Assembly: GCA_951406725.2 (NCBI GenBank)
Contig: OX597835.1
Span: forward strand, 9,362,001 to 9,426,000
Reading direction: 5' to 3'
DNA from: Octopus vulgaris
Lineage: Eukaryota
DNA: 64,000 bases
Shown here: positions 1 to 12,397 of the stretch, piece after piece
How the letters are laid out: every line of letters starts with the position of its first letter
Numbering within the stretch: position 1 is the first letter of the stretch
The notes under the pieces: generated by a model
What the model was told of the DNA's origin: nothing
Seen by the model: only the letters and a program-made list of their open reading frames with translations
Database searches by the model: none
Translations under genes and position numbers: made by a program

Positions 1-711
1 TAAATACTAGTGTATCGTATGCTACTAGTAACATCACTGGTTGAATTATACGTCTGTAACTCAAATCAACTGCCGTATCATTAACTATAAAACTTATGTA
101 AAATTGTAAAATTCATTTGAATATTAAATTCCCTTTAGAAACCAATATTTGCAATAAATCTGAAAAGCTAGATTGTTTAGAGTCGATAACATTTCCTAAA
201 TAATGTTTAAATTTTATTATATCTAGAGAAAGAATTGAACACATATTATTGGAGGTCGATTCCTGCTGTTCTTTTGCATTGCCTTCAAAGATTTAATGAC
301 CAAGAGTACCTATGATTTTCTAGTTTTATGGTGATATAAAACTAAAAACAAATTTCTTTCATATCAGGTCAAGAGCTGGCAATGTTTACAGAGCGTAAGA
401 AATCAGAACTAGTTATTTCCTGCAGCTGTTTGATGTTACATTTCGTGTTTATCTCCTGATTCGATTACGAAGGTGCTGATGTCAATTAAATTGACTAAAT
501 ACTGCCCATTAGATGAATGGTAAGAGAATTTCATTGAAGCAAAATGCAATCAGCAATATTATTCCAACGAGTTGAAGATTTTTCTCATATCTTCAATTTC
601 CCTTAATTAGACAGGGATTTTAATGTCTGGAACTTCTTAGAGGCTTTCATGAATTTTATGCAATCATTTAGCATTGCTCTCTTTTTTCTCTTTGTGCATC
701 AATCTATCCAT

Positions 712-1010
<299 letters not shown>

Positions 1011-2585
1011 TATATGTATTCATATACATTCATACATACATTGATAAGTATGTACGTATGCATGTATGTATGTATATGTATGTGTTGGAATATATGCATT
1101 TATGGTTGGTCTTCTGAGTGGTAAAATGTAGGAATGTCTTGTAAAAATGAAAAGATTAAAATTAGCCATGCAGCTGATAGAATTAATAGAAAAACCCAGC
1201 TAAAAGTACATTTGATAAAATGGTGGTGCAAAGAACGTTATCACTAATGTAAATCAAAAGATCAATATATAAGACTGTAATAGGTTTACGTCTCGAAAAT
1301 ATGATTAATTGACCTTATTAAAATTGGAAGTATTAACCAGAAAGGAAAATACATTCTTCGGAAGAGAATTTGATTTGGCAGATTAAACCTTACAAGTTTT
1401 TCCTTCAGCGAAATCCTCACTGGAATATTGAATAGAACAACAATATTTATTCTACAAATATGATAATGAATATTTCTCCGGAGACCTGGAAGCTGTTCTT
1501 AAATGAGATTCAGAGTTTCAAAAAAAATTATTTTTATCCAACTTCATAAAAGCCGATAATCTGGTTCATATTCTTTCAGATATTTTTATTTAGTTTGAAA
1601 GTGAGGTGTCTATTCTTATCACCAGGCAAGATCCCGAAAATCACAAATTCTCTGTCAAATATTTAAATTTCTGAGATGTGACAGATAAATATATCTTACA
1701 GCTAAACTGAATAGATTAATTGCGACGAGGCATCTATTAATCATACTATTTCTCTTAAAATTCAGTCGTCGTAACCGAAGCCAAGTCTCTTTACGTCTGA
1801 TTCCGTGGACAAACCTGTCAGAGAGTATTACTGAAACTGTCGCCTAATAAATCAGGCAACCTAATTATACAACCGGCAAAGAGATTGATAACGTCAAGTA
1901 ACCTCAACAATGTCCATGCTTGTATTTCTTTATTAAATCACCTAAACTATGCGATAACCCATCACGTCTTAACATTGATAACGCATTTTAAAATATGGCA
2001 ATCATTGATTCCATTTTTGGACACCAAAAATAACGCCTAACATTAAAACTGCAACACGCCATTACGGTATTCGGAAATAGTTTGACATACTGAAACCTCA
2101 TTAAAGGTGCTCACAAAATTCAAAGACTTTCTTCCTCCCACCTCTTCTGCATATCATTGCAATGTTCCTGCATCTGGAATAATGAGTGCAATAACCAGGA
2201 TATATAACGGTAAAACGCACTGACATGAGAATATATTGGTAACTACATTATTAAACAATCTACCAGAAGCCCAGAAACCGTTCAGATATTGTTAATTACC
2301 CCAATATTATGTGTCAACTACATGACACATACGATAGCCACCAATAACAAAATATTCTAGTTCTAATGTCAAGCACCAGTCGTTCCTTTACACATTTACA
2401 GATGACGTATTTACGCTTTAAATTAGCAAACATTCTAGCGTGAACAGTTTAATTAGACCTAAGCTTTGACAGGGAGTATATATTGCGGCTTCCTTAGAAT
2501 ACCAAGAACGGCTTCCTTAGAACAACTGCAAGTGGTTCAGGGGCATTACTTATTGAACATCCCTGGTGTATATATATATATATAA

Positions 2586-2935
2586 CGGGAAGCTTTATGA
2601 AAATAAACAAAAGACGAAGGCAGGTGGAATACAAACAAATAATTGTATTAGTATGGCGCTAAGGAATATAAATAAAACAAGTCTTTTACGTTTCGAGCCT
2701 ACGCTCTTCAACAGAAAGATACACAGAAAAGAAACACGGAGAGACACAAGGAGAGAAAAAATGCGTGCAGAAGCTAGCGATTCAACATGGCGATCTGATT
2801 CCGGCCAGAAGTCAAAGATCAAACGTGAGACGCAAGAGCGAAAATAGGGGAGATAACAGGGTCAAATGACCACGCCCCAACATAAAGGTTTGTGTATGAG
2901 AGATTATATAGTGCGTATGAGAAGTCTGGACGTGT
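2586..2935 (-). mobile_element. Probable Penelope-like element terminal (pLTR) remnant abutting (TA)n
   Basis: Contains a hammerhead-like fold at 2682-2719 and shares GTATTAG..GCT.AGG...ACGTTTCGAGC...GCTCTTC with 50680-50745. Family assignment is inference. Confidence 0.55.
2682..2719 (-). ncRNA. Minimal type-I hammerhead ribozyme-like motif (one core substitution)
   Basis: Minus strand reads TCTTT-CTGTTGA-A-GAGC(GTAG)GCTC-GAAA-CG-TA-AAAGA: stem I 5 bp, stem II 4 bp, palindromic ACGT stem III. Core is CUGUUGA versus consensus CUGANGA. Confidence 0.55.
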
Positions 2936-3004
2936 GTATGTATGTATGATGTGATGTGTAATGTAATATATATATATATGTATATGTATATATATATGTG
3001 TGTG

Positions 3005-3046
<42 letters not shown>

Positions 3047-3856
3047 CACACAAATGTACATGCATACATACCCATAGTATGTGTAAGTGTGTGTATGCAT
3101 GATTGCATGTGGAGCATTGGAATAAAATAACAAGCCAGAAAGGAATAGAATTTGAGTTGAACTGTGAAGTGTGCACGCGTGATGGAAATGTAAAGGAAAC
3201 AAAGACGGATCAAAGACAAATAAAGAAATCTTGAGATGTGAAGAAGGAGTTAGGAGGGAAGATACGCACGGTATAGAAGTTGCGTACATGAACATGCTTT
3301 TACATTCTGCCAATATTGCATGTAGTGGGTTGAAGCAACCTTATGTGACAGGTTTAAATATTTAATGCCTATAAAAAGTGTTGCATATGAACTAAGTTTA
3401 GAGAACGGGAAGTTTGATTTACTGGTAAACAAACAAACGATATTGAAAAACAGATGTAATTAATCCTCGCTATCTCTGAAGAAGACACGAGACAAGTCGT
3501 TTCACCTATTCATTTCTCAATCCCCCCTCATCCCTCAACCTCTCCCTTTTTGTTTGTATGTATTAGGTTTCTCTGCAGCTGATATGATAGTCCACCGCCT
3601 GTGTCAATACAAATCTCAATCTTTGCCCTACATTTTCACTCTCAGTTACACATACAAACATACACATGCATACGCACACACACACACACACAGATATTTG
3701 TGCAGCATATGTGTGCGTATTCTTTTGACACTTAATCTTCTTTAGGGATCGCTTCTGCATTTGAATTCATTTAGACTTCCGTAACATCCAACAGATTTAT
3801 AATAGGATATAACCGAAATGTTTTCTTGCCATTTCTTTCCATTAACTCTCAATAAT

Positions 3857-4247
3857 CCGTTCAACTATAGGCACAAGGCCTGAATTGTGGGGCGGGTACT
3901 AGTCGATTACATCCACGCCAGTGTTTCACTGGTACTTAATTTATCGACCCCGAAAGGATGAAAGGCAAAGTCATCTTCGGTGGAATTTGAATTCAGAACT
4001 CAGACAAAATACCTATTTCTTTACTACCCACAAGGAGCTAAACACAGAGAGGACAAACAAGGACAGACAGACGGATTAAGTCGAGTACATCGACTCAAGT
4101 GCATAACTGGTACTTAGTTTATCGACCGCGAAAGAATGAACGGCAAAGTCAACCTCGGCGGAATTTGAACTCAGAACGTAACGGTAGACGAAATACCGCT
4201 AAGCATTTTTTTCCGGCCTGCTAACTATTCTGCCAGCCCACCGCCTT
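3857..4247 (-). mobile_element. tRNA-derived SINE family A, dimeric/nested copy (Tx1-like tail unit joined to a second unit with the alternative tail)
   Basis: Head GGCGG.G.GCTGGCAGAA..GTTAGC, B-box GAGTTCAAATTCC, and central GCCTTTCATCCTTTCGGGGTCGATAAA.TAAGTACCAG present twice. Junction at 4013/4014. Confidence 0.9.
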
Positions 4248-4856
4248 ATTTTACCTTGAATAATGAAGTCCAGAAGAGGAAAAATTGTTTACTAATGCAG
4301 TAAATACGATGCAGAAAAAATACACAATCTGAATTTCGTATTGGTTCCCAAAGAACATCATTTATTTTAGGGCGTATGCGTGTTAAAATAATAGAATATA
4401 TTCGATCAGTAATGATCGATCTACTTCACCGACTTACGACTTTTACAACTGATGGATTAAAAATATTATATTTGCGTGAATAACTCTCTATTCACTATAC
4501 AGAGAACTCATTATCGAAACTTGCATGGTCGGTTGTATACGTGTGTGTGGATAAGTATGCATGGGAACAAACGCACACAGACATACAAGCTCAGATATGT
4601 TGCATTCGTTATGCGTTGATATGTGTGTGTGTGTGTGTGTGTGTGCGTTTATGTGTATATATATTATATCTTTTCATTTGTCTTGCTCGGTTACGTTCTG
4701 GCGCTTGCTAAATTTTCTTGAGAATATTCCTTTCTTAGTGGTAAGACCATAGGGGGGTCTACGTGTAGCTTATGGATGTCCACTTAGTGGTCATCACGCT
4801 TATATGTATATAAATAAATGAATAAATAAATAAATATATATATATATATATATATA

Positions 4857-4918
4857 TAAAGTATAGAAGCCATCTTATCATGGCTAACCACATTGGATTA
4901 GATGGCTTCTATACTTTA
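4857..4918. repeat. Perfect 19-bp inverted repeat next to (TA)n
   Basis: TAAAGTATAGAAGCCATCT (4857-4875) / AGATGGCTTCTATACTTTA (4900-4918). Confidence 0.85.
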
Positions 4919-6469
4919 CATTATCGAGCGATTACTGTTTCAATCTCATTCTGAGATTTAATTATGCTTATATATATATATATATAACGCCTTGCCACAA
5001 TACTTGATATCATCCACGTGACCGACGTGGAAGGTCTCCTTCATTTCAAAAGTGGACGGTATTATTCAATGGTACTGTTAATTATTAGTGTATCAAGAAT
5101 GGAATGTGGAGGAATTAAGTGTATTTGCTTGTTTTAATCTGTGAGTATAATGAGTATTAATACTTTTGAAATTTTGTTGGTCATATCTGGGATTTGAACA
5201 CACTAATCCGTTGATATGATAAAGAACTATTTAATTACAAACTGATGAGAACATGGCATTAACTTAGTACCATTAATCTTAATGTTATTAATATCCTGAC
5301 ATCTAGGAATCTATTAGTGAAGGCGAAACCTCTTTGGTTCAGAGACAATTTTAAGCTCAAAACAAGAATGTGAAATCAATTAATATATTCAATAAATGTT
5401 TATGATTAGTTTCCATATTGGGATGTGAATGTTGTTTGTGCTAATAGTCTCTATACGATTCTTTTGGATTTGTCACATGAAGTATGGTATTGCAATTTTG
5501 AATAGCCAGAAGCTAACATCGATTACTGATTGGTTATGGAATCAAAATTATGGAACAATTGAGCACATTATATTTGGTTTTCCGTCGCAGCACAATCTGA
5601 TTAAAATTCTTACACATGATTCAAGGATACGTATAATATACGATAATATAAAGTGTGATAACTAAAGATGACATAATATAAATATAGAGAGCTTCTTTAA
5701 AGGGCGTGTTGAAGTAGAAGAAGAAAAGGGGAAGGTCAAAAGGATCTTAGACATCAAACGAAGAGAAGGAGAATCATTTCTTTGAGAAGAAATAAATGGT
5801 ATTTTTTGTTAGCGGTGTAGGATATTGTTAGAAATGCACAGCGGGTTACAGGCTAAAGGCACTGTTTGTCGAATGCGTGTAGGTGTGAAAACATATAAAA
5901 GAATCGAAATGCAAAACATCGCTAAGAAAATTAATGTTTCTACTGAAATCGTAAATTGCAAGTACCGTTGAAGGCTTAGTCAGGTGTAAATGTGTCAACA
6001 CATGACTTTAATAAGAACTGTGAGATTCTGCGCTAATATGGTTTACGATCCGTTGCAACAGTTGTGAGTCGACATCTGAAAGAACAAAGGTGGCGAAAAT
6101 GGAATTCTAGGCGTTAAAGAATCGAAAGAATTGTTATAATGGTTACTTGATGCCTGGGAAGGGTACGAAAAGGATAACTAAAGAACAATATGTGTAAGAC
6201 GTGCAAAGATTGCATAACTGAAGGATGGTTTGGATAACACATGGATTGTTTTCCCGTTTATGTGAAGGTGTTTCTCTTTTGTAACAATGATAGCAGAGAT
6301 AGTCAAAGACCGAATCAAGAATACGAATGGGAACTAGTAATGATGCATAACGAGGAAGGTAATCACAATTTATAAAGTAACACAAAACATTAAAGTTATT
6401 TGTTTTGCTCTCCGCCCGTCATTTAGATCCTACTTTAGCAACACTATCATGTATTCACTCAGAATATAT

Positions 6470-6745
6470 CCTTCACGGTCCATCATGGCATTACGGAGGT
6501 CCTGTTGCTGGATGCTTGTATCCCTGGAGATTACATCAGGGTAGGAGAGTGTGCGCCCTCTGGTATTGCGAGTAGATGGCTTCCAGACGAGAAGAGTAGA
6601 AATTACCTCTTTTTCAGCTCTACAACAATGTCCAGCAAACTGGACTCTCTTACCTTTCACAAGAGATGACACAGGTGGTAGTTTCCCATATATTTGTATT
6701 TTGGTTGGATGGCGCTTCCACGAGAGATTTTGAGCTCTCATAAGG
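6470..6745 (-). mobile_element. RTE-group LINE ORF C-terminal fragment
   Basis: LSWKRHPTKIQIYGKLPPVSSLVKGKRVQFAGHCCRAEKEVISTLLVWKP..RGR..SYPDVISRDT...MMDRE matches the RTE post-RT pattern (W..H.TN..LY..LP..S......R..FAGHC.R....W.P...RGR). Confidence 0.85.
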
Positions 6746-7084
6746 AGAGTAATGATGATGATGATATCCTTTTAATATGCTGTCTATTACAATAGCCAAC
6801 TTCCATGTAAGAAATAGATGAAAATACACCATGGCTAAGATTCTGAGACGGCAGTGACAATAATGAAAATTATTAAACAAAAACAAAGTTGTATTATACT
6901 ATTAAGTCCTATCTTTACGCACGTACTACAGGCTACAACACTTAAAGTTTTTTATGAACTTGTGGATTCATTAAGAGCCAAGTGGTCTACAGCCATTCCA
7001 GCCAAGCATGTTATCGAAAGTCAAGTCATTGCTGACCACTGAATTGACCTCAGGCAACGAGTTATCGAAGCAGATGTTCTAATA

Positions 7085-7483
7085 ATAGTTTCAATTGAGA
7101 AAGAAAACAAACTATGCTAGATCATAGATATAGCATGCCCAGATGACAACAAGGTATGCGATAAGGAAGAAAGAAATGTCGAGAGATATGACTGGTTAGC
7201 TTGGGAAATTAAGCATTTGTGGTCGATGAAAAAGGTAGCAGTAGTACCAATAATTGTCGGAGCCCTGGGAACAGTGAGCAAAAATTTCGAGAAGTACGTA
7301 GAACAAATAGGGGCTGCAATAAGGGTGGAGCACTTGCAGAAAACAGCACTGCTTGGAACTGCTCAAATAGTCCGGAAGGTGGTAGAAAAATAAGGGGGGT
7401 TACCTTAGTTCACTGGTAGTGAACAACTGACACTGTAGTACACCTCCAGCGTTAGAAGCTGTGCAATGGCAATAATAATAATA
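7085..7483 (+). mobile_element. R4/Dong-clade non-LTR 3' end (REL endonuclease C-terminus, 3'UTR, (AAT)n tail)
   Basis: Frame from 7085 reads IVSIEKENKLC*IIDIACPDDNKVCDKEERNVERYDWLAWEIKHLWSMKKVAVVPIIVGALGTVSK...LQKTALLGTAQIVRKVVEK* (stop 7391-7393, one internal TAG). It is followed by a short UTR and AATAATAATAAT. Confidence 0.85.
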
Positions 7484-7521
7484 AGAGGATGAAGAAGAAA
7501 AAGAAGAGCAACAAAATTATT

Positions 7522-7522
7522 T

Positions 7523-7585
<63 letters not shown>

Positions 7586-7600
7586 CAGCAGTAGCAGTGG
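7522..7600. repeat. (AGT)n microsatellite
   Basis: Direct reading. Confidence 0.95.
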
Positions 7601-7987
7601 TGATAGCAACAAAGGCACCAACCGCAACAACATCTGACAAAAGATAGAGATCAATAATAATGGAGTGCATCGTCGTAGATCAATAAGTCGCACGTGTACG
7701 ACGCTGAAAACTAAGAATATTATTCACAGACTTTTCTAAATACTTCTTGGGTTTTTTGTGAAGTGGGCAAGAAATGAATCCATAATTACAATGAAATTTT
7801 ACCAATCCAGACAGAAATATGTATTGCAAGAAAAATATCGAGAAACTATGAAACACAGTTTTTCTTTCTCTCTCTCTCTCTTTCTCTCTGTCTATCTACT
7901 TAACTATCTATCTATCCATTTATCTATCTATCTACCTATCTATCCATCTATCTATCTATCCATCTATCTAACTATCCATCTACCTGT

Positions 7988-8839
7988 CTACCCGTTCGGG
8001 ATAAGCTCTACAGACACGGCTCGAGAAACACGGGGCCGACCTGCCCGAGATGCGGTCAGAGCGACGAAACCGTTCTGCACGCACTCGTTCAGTGTCCAAC
8101 AATTTCCGACCTGTGGGCTTATGTCGAACAACTGCTGTCACGTGTGGGACGAGTCGGTTTATCAGCTGAGTCTATCGTCAATATTGTCACGCCTCCTTCC
8201 TTCAAACGGGAAGGAAGAGCTATTTTCATCATCCTTGTGGCTATGGCGAAAGAATGTATCTGGTGGACGCGTCTGAAAGGATTGGAGACAAACACTTTCC
8301 TCTCTGGTCAATCTCTCATCAACTTCTTCAAGTACCACTTGAAAAGGAAAGTGAGAGTAGAGAGGCAAGTTTTGTCTAGCGAATGTTTTAAAAAAAGATG
8401 GGTGAATGTAGCAAGAATGGCACGTATGAATGACGAAGCCATCTTGAGCATAGTCCTATGAACCCAGAAATCGAAAACAGAGAGTTGCTTATTTGCAAAA
8501 AAAAAAAAAAAAGAAATATAAAATGTGACATCATTGACCGAGGTTACCGTGGTCTTTTCCGTAGGCTTTTCTTTGCACGGGTAAACCTCACCTGTCCTCC
8601 CCTTTACACTTCATATTGACATTTCTGTGATAACGATCCCTATTGATCAATTTTTTTTCCTCCCCCTTTTTTTAAACCCCCCTTTTTTTTGTCCTCTTTC
8701 TCTCCTTTTACGATCCCTTTTGATCGAAACTCCCCCTTCCTTTTTTTTTTTTTTTTTTTTTCTTAAACCTTCAAAAGAAAAGCTCTACCTTGTAATTTGT
8801 TCTATCTGTGTGCAGCCCTGTGTGGCTAATAAAGAAACA
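7988..8839 (+). mobile_element. 5'-truncated Tx1/L1-clade LINE (ORF2 zf-RVT C-terminus + 3'UTR) within (TATC)n
   Basis: Uninterrupted frame 7988-8461: LPVRDKLYRHG..TCPRCGQSDETVLHALVQC...AKECIWWTRL...RW (CxxC..ET..H....C zinc motif). 3'UTR ends CAGCCCTGTGTGGCTAATAAAGAAAC. (TATC)n on both sides. Confidence 0.9.
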
Positions 8840-8890
8840 TATCTATCTATCTGTCTATCTATCTATCTATCTATCTATCCATCCATCTAA

Positions 8891-8921
<31 letters not shown>

Positions 8922-8941
8922 ACTATCTATCTATCTATCTA

Positions 8942-9011
<70 letters not shown>
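8840..9011. repeat. (TATC)n-(TA)n microsatellite
   Basis: Direct reading. Confidence 0.95.
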
Positions 9012-9014
<3 letters not shown>

Positions 9015-9277
9015 GTATGTCTGTCTTTGTGTCTCTGTATGTGTGTCTGTCTATCTCATCATATACAAGTATATATACATACATTCATAAATCTGCATAT
9101 ATGTTAATGTATGTATGTAAATGTATACACATGTATGCATGTGCACGTATAAATATGTGAGTGCGCGTGTGTATCTGCAGGTAAGAGTGTGTGTAAATAT
9201 ATGTATACAACTATACACTTAGGTAGATAGATAAATCGATAGATACGTAGATATATAGATAGGTACTCAGTTATTTG

Positions 9278-9388
9278 GCTAGGTAGGTAGGTAGGTATGT
9301 AGGTAGGTAGGTAGGTCGGTAGGTAGGTAGGTAGGTAGGTAGGTAGGTAGGTAGGTAGGTAGGTAGGTAGGTAGGTTGGTAGGTAGAT
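9278..9388. repeat. (AGGT)n microsatellite
   Basis: Direct reading. Confidence 0.95.
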
Positions 9389-9904
9389 AAGTATTGTAAC
9401 GTGCTTTTAATAATAATTCCAGTTGGTTGGATTGTATTGATAGTTAATTCTCATTTTCAAATGAACCAGTTTCGCAAGTTTCACGCGACACGTTACGCGA
9501 GGGTTGCATTGAAGAATATATTTGATATACAGCGAGGTTAATTGGTTCTTTACGGCAACCTATTCATGATTTTCCTATGCGCTTTATTTTATTTGCATAT
9601 TACCCATAGACAATGATTGTGAAGAAAAAGTAAAGCATTTAATACATTCACAATAGACACAGTTGAGCTCCAGTGTCAGGATCCAGTTTGAACAATTATC
9701 GGAGCTAGCTGGGAATGTCCTATCGGACAAATATCGGCTAATTGATTAGTGAAGAAATAATAATAACAATAACAATAATGTGTGCGTGCGTGCGTTTGTG
9801 TGTATAATATATTATATACATATGTATAGATATAATAAATAGATAATATATAGATATACTATAATATATATATATATGTATATGCATATATATATATATA
9901 TATA

Positions 9905-9969
<65 letters not shown>

Positions 9970-10132
9970 GTCGTCATTTCTTTCTCTTTTGCCTGCGTTG
10001 TTTGCCTTTTAAGTGCTGTGGTTTTACTGAGATCTCCCTTTTAAGTAGAAAGAATAGCCATAACTCTTTGACTGCTATTTCTAAATTCGGTGTGTGGTGA
10101 GGCAAATCGTTGTTAAACCCTTAATTACAGTG

Positions 10133-10193
<61 letters not shown>

Positions 10194-10459
10194 TGATCAT
10201 ATGCATTTATGTTTACATGACCTACATACATTCATAAACACACACATACACGTTACACATATTATATCCGTTAATACGAAAGTACAGCTCTGATGCTGTC
10301 TGTATCTCTGAATAATTCAATAATTGGCCATCTATATTTAGTATTCCTTGCACTAAACTAAAGCGGTCCTCACATTCGATTTTCGCTTCCCTTCTGCAAC
10401 TGACCGTTTTTGGTTTGTAAGTTGAATGAAATATCCATCAACCCCCATACATAAAATTG

Positions 10460-10622
10460 TATCCCCTTACATAAAATGCTTGCAGAATTCTCAGCAGCGT
10501 ATCTGAATTTGTAGGCATAAATACTCCAATTGGTATGACTGCCAAAAAGAGACTGCTGATGTTGGAAGAGCTTTATCCGCAACAAATCCCTTGCAACATA
10601 TCTCAACACCGTAAAATTCATG
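10460..10622 (-). mobile_element. Decayed REL-type non-LTR C-terminus (HERO/NeSL-like)
   Basis: Minus frames give YGVEICCKGFVA (cf. PVEVGCRGF) and YAAENSASILC (cf. AAE.AS.WLW), separated by a frameshift. Confidence 0.4.
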
Positions 10623-10875
10623 GATTGTTTTAGATTAAGACAAACGTTTATAAAGCCACCTCTCTTTATCTCTCTCTCTATATATGTGTTCGTGTGTGTG
10701 TCTGTATAAGATAGTTATGGCCAGTTCATAAGGTTAACCAGGGTTTCTTGTACAAAAAGCGCTTAGCTTCACATGCAGCGCGTCAGAGCTTGTTAGCCTG
10801 TCTCTGTTGCTCTATTACTTAGAGTGTGCTTCTCTCTGGGATTTATGATTTACTTACGATACATACATACATACA

Positions 10876-11014
10876 CAGGCGTGGCTGTGTGGTAAGTAGA
10901 TTGCTCACCAGCCACATGGTTCTGGGTTAAGTACCACTGCGTGGCACCTTGGGCAATTTTTTTTCTTATATAGCCTAGGGCCAACCAAACCCTTGTGAGT
11001 GGATTTGGTAGATG
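10876..11014 (+). mobile_element. SINE family B (tRNA head + CORE-like domain), 5' part
   Basis: GGCGTGGCTGTGTGGTAAG...GGGTT.AGT.CCAC, GGCACCTTGGGCAA (CORE/MIR-like), CCTTGTGAGTGGATTTGGTAGA. Confidence 0.85.
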
Positions 11015-12333
11015 TCAAGATTAGTAAGTCGTCTTGTCTATTCTCCTTCGTTCAGTCATATATTTCACCATCTTTTGAAATGTATGTACACGTATCATTC
11101 TAAAAAAAAAGTGATTATGTATAGAAATATCAATGCTCTGGTGTGATAGAAATTAATGCAATTCTCTTCTTTCACTTACTGAATACAAATTCAACTTGTT
11201 TTGACTTGGTGTTTTATTATCAATAAGATCGATGAAGTAAATTCTGGTGAAAACTTATACGAAGTGCAGGAAATTTACAAACAAATTCTATGGAACATCG
11301 ATTTACCAATTATTACAAAAGACAGTATTTACTATTTATAGATGGACTAAAAGTTTTCTAACAACAAATATTGGTTTTTAATATTCAACTTATGACTTAT
11401 GAGGTGATAAAATGTCAATTGTTGAACAACGTCACTCTTCTGTTAGAATATCGACAATTCTTTTTAGGAACGTATGAATGATCAAAAGCAAAATATATCT
11501 CGGCAGAATTTGAACCCATGATTTTAGTTTGATAAGCTGTAGTTCATTATTTGAAGTTAATCAATAGGAAATTTCTAGACAGAAATTTATGATCCGACAG
11601 TCATTCGATAAATATCAATTGTGTGTTTGACTGAGCTTCTTTGAGATATATTACGAACAAAATAATTCTGACTTTGCCCTCTAGCTATTTAACCTAAGAA
11701 ACACTTGCCAATCTTTGATAATCCATTTAAATTTCAATAGACTTCAATTTCGGTGATATCTGTAGTTTAGCAGGAATTCTTAATTAATACTAATTTGTCT
11801 TCTCATTAGCTGGAGGATTTCAACTGATTAATTAGTTATTACGAGACAGTCCCTGTGCGTCACTTCCAAGCACTCTACCTTATATCCTTCTTCGAAGATC
11901 CTCAGAGGTGGACCTATTTGCTGACACACCACTAGAACATGGTATGGTAATAGCTTATAAAATTATGTATTTGTATACTGCATTTATATTTGAATTAACT
12001 CGAAAGTCAATTTCGGAAAAATAAACGAATTTAATTCTAAATTAAAGAAACCCAAACTAAATTATATTCATCACATATTCAATATGAGGTTTTAAATTTC
12101 TTTCCAGCCAAGTATTTATCGTAGCTATGAATAGCAAGATGTCAGTAATACAAAATAAAAGAAGACAAGCAAAATTTGAGGGATGTCACAAAAAGTGAGA
12201 TGAGATTCTTGTTGCTGTTATCGGGCAATACTAATTTAGATATAGAATAATCTTTCTGATAGACACGATATGACCTTCCTGTACAGTCGAGTCCTTGCCG
12301 TCGACATTTCTGTGATTCTATTATTGTGATTTT

Positions 12334-12396
<63 letters not shown>

Positions 12397-12397
<1 letters not shown>

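Noticed and set aside
1780-2500. Possible decayed LINE RT N-terminus (AITRIYNGKTH*HENI)
   Set aside because: Only one weak motif, too degraded to call.
2539-2566. Mariner-like TIR (reverse CAGGGATGTTCAATAAGTAATG)
   Set aside because: No partner TIR or transposase found.
3476-3503. CTGAAGA-A-GAC...GTC hammerhead 5' half
   Set aside because: Followed by GTTTC instead of GAAA, and no stem I complement.
5700-6360. Purine-skewed block, possible PLE/LINE relic on the minus strand
   Set aside because: No motif could be reconstructed convincingly.
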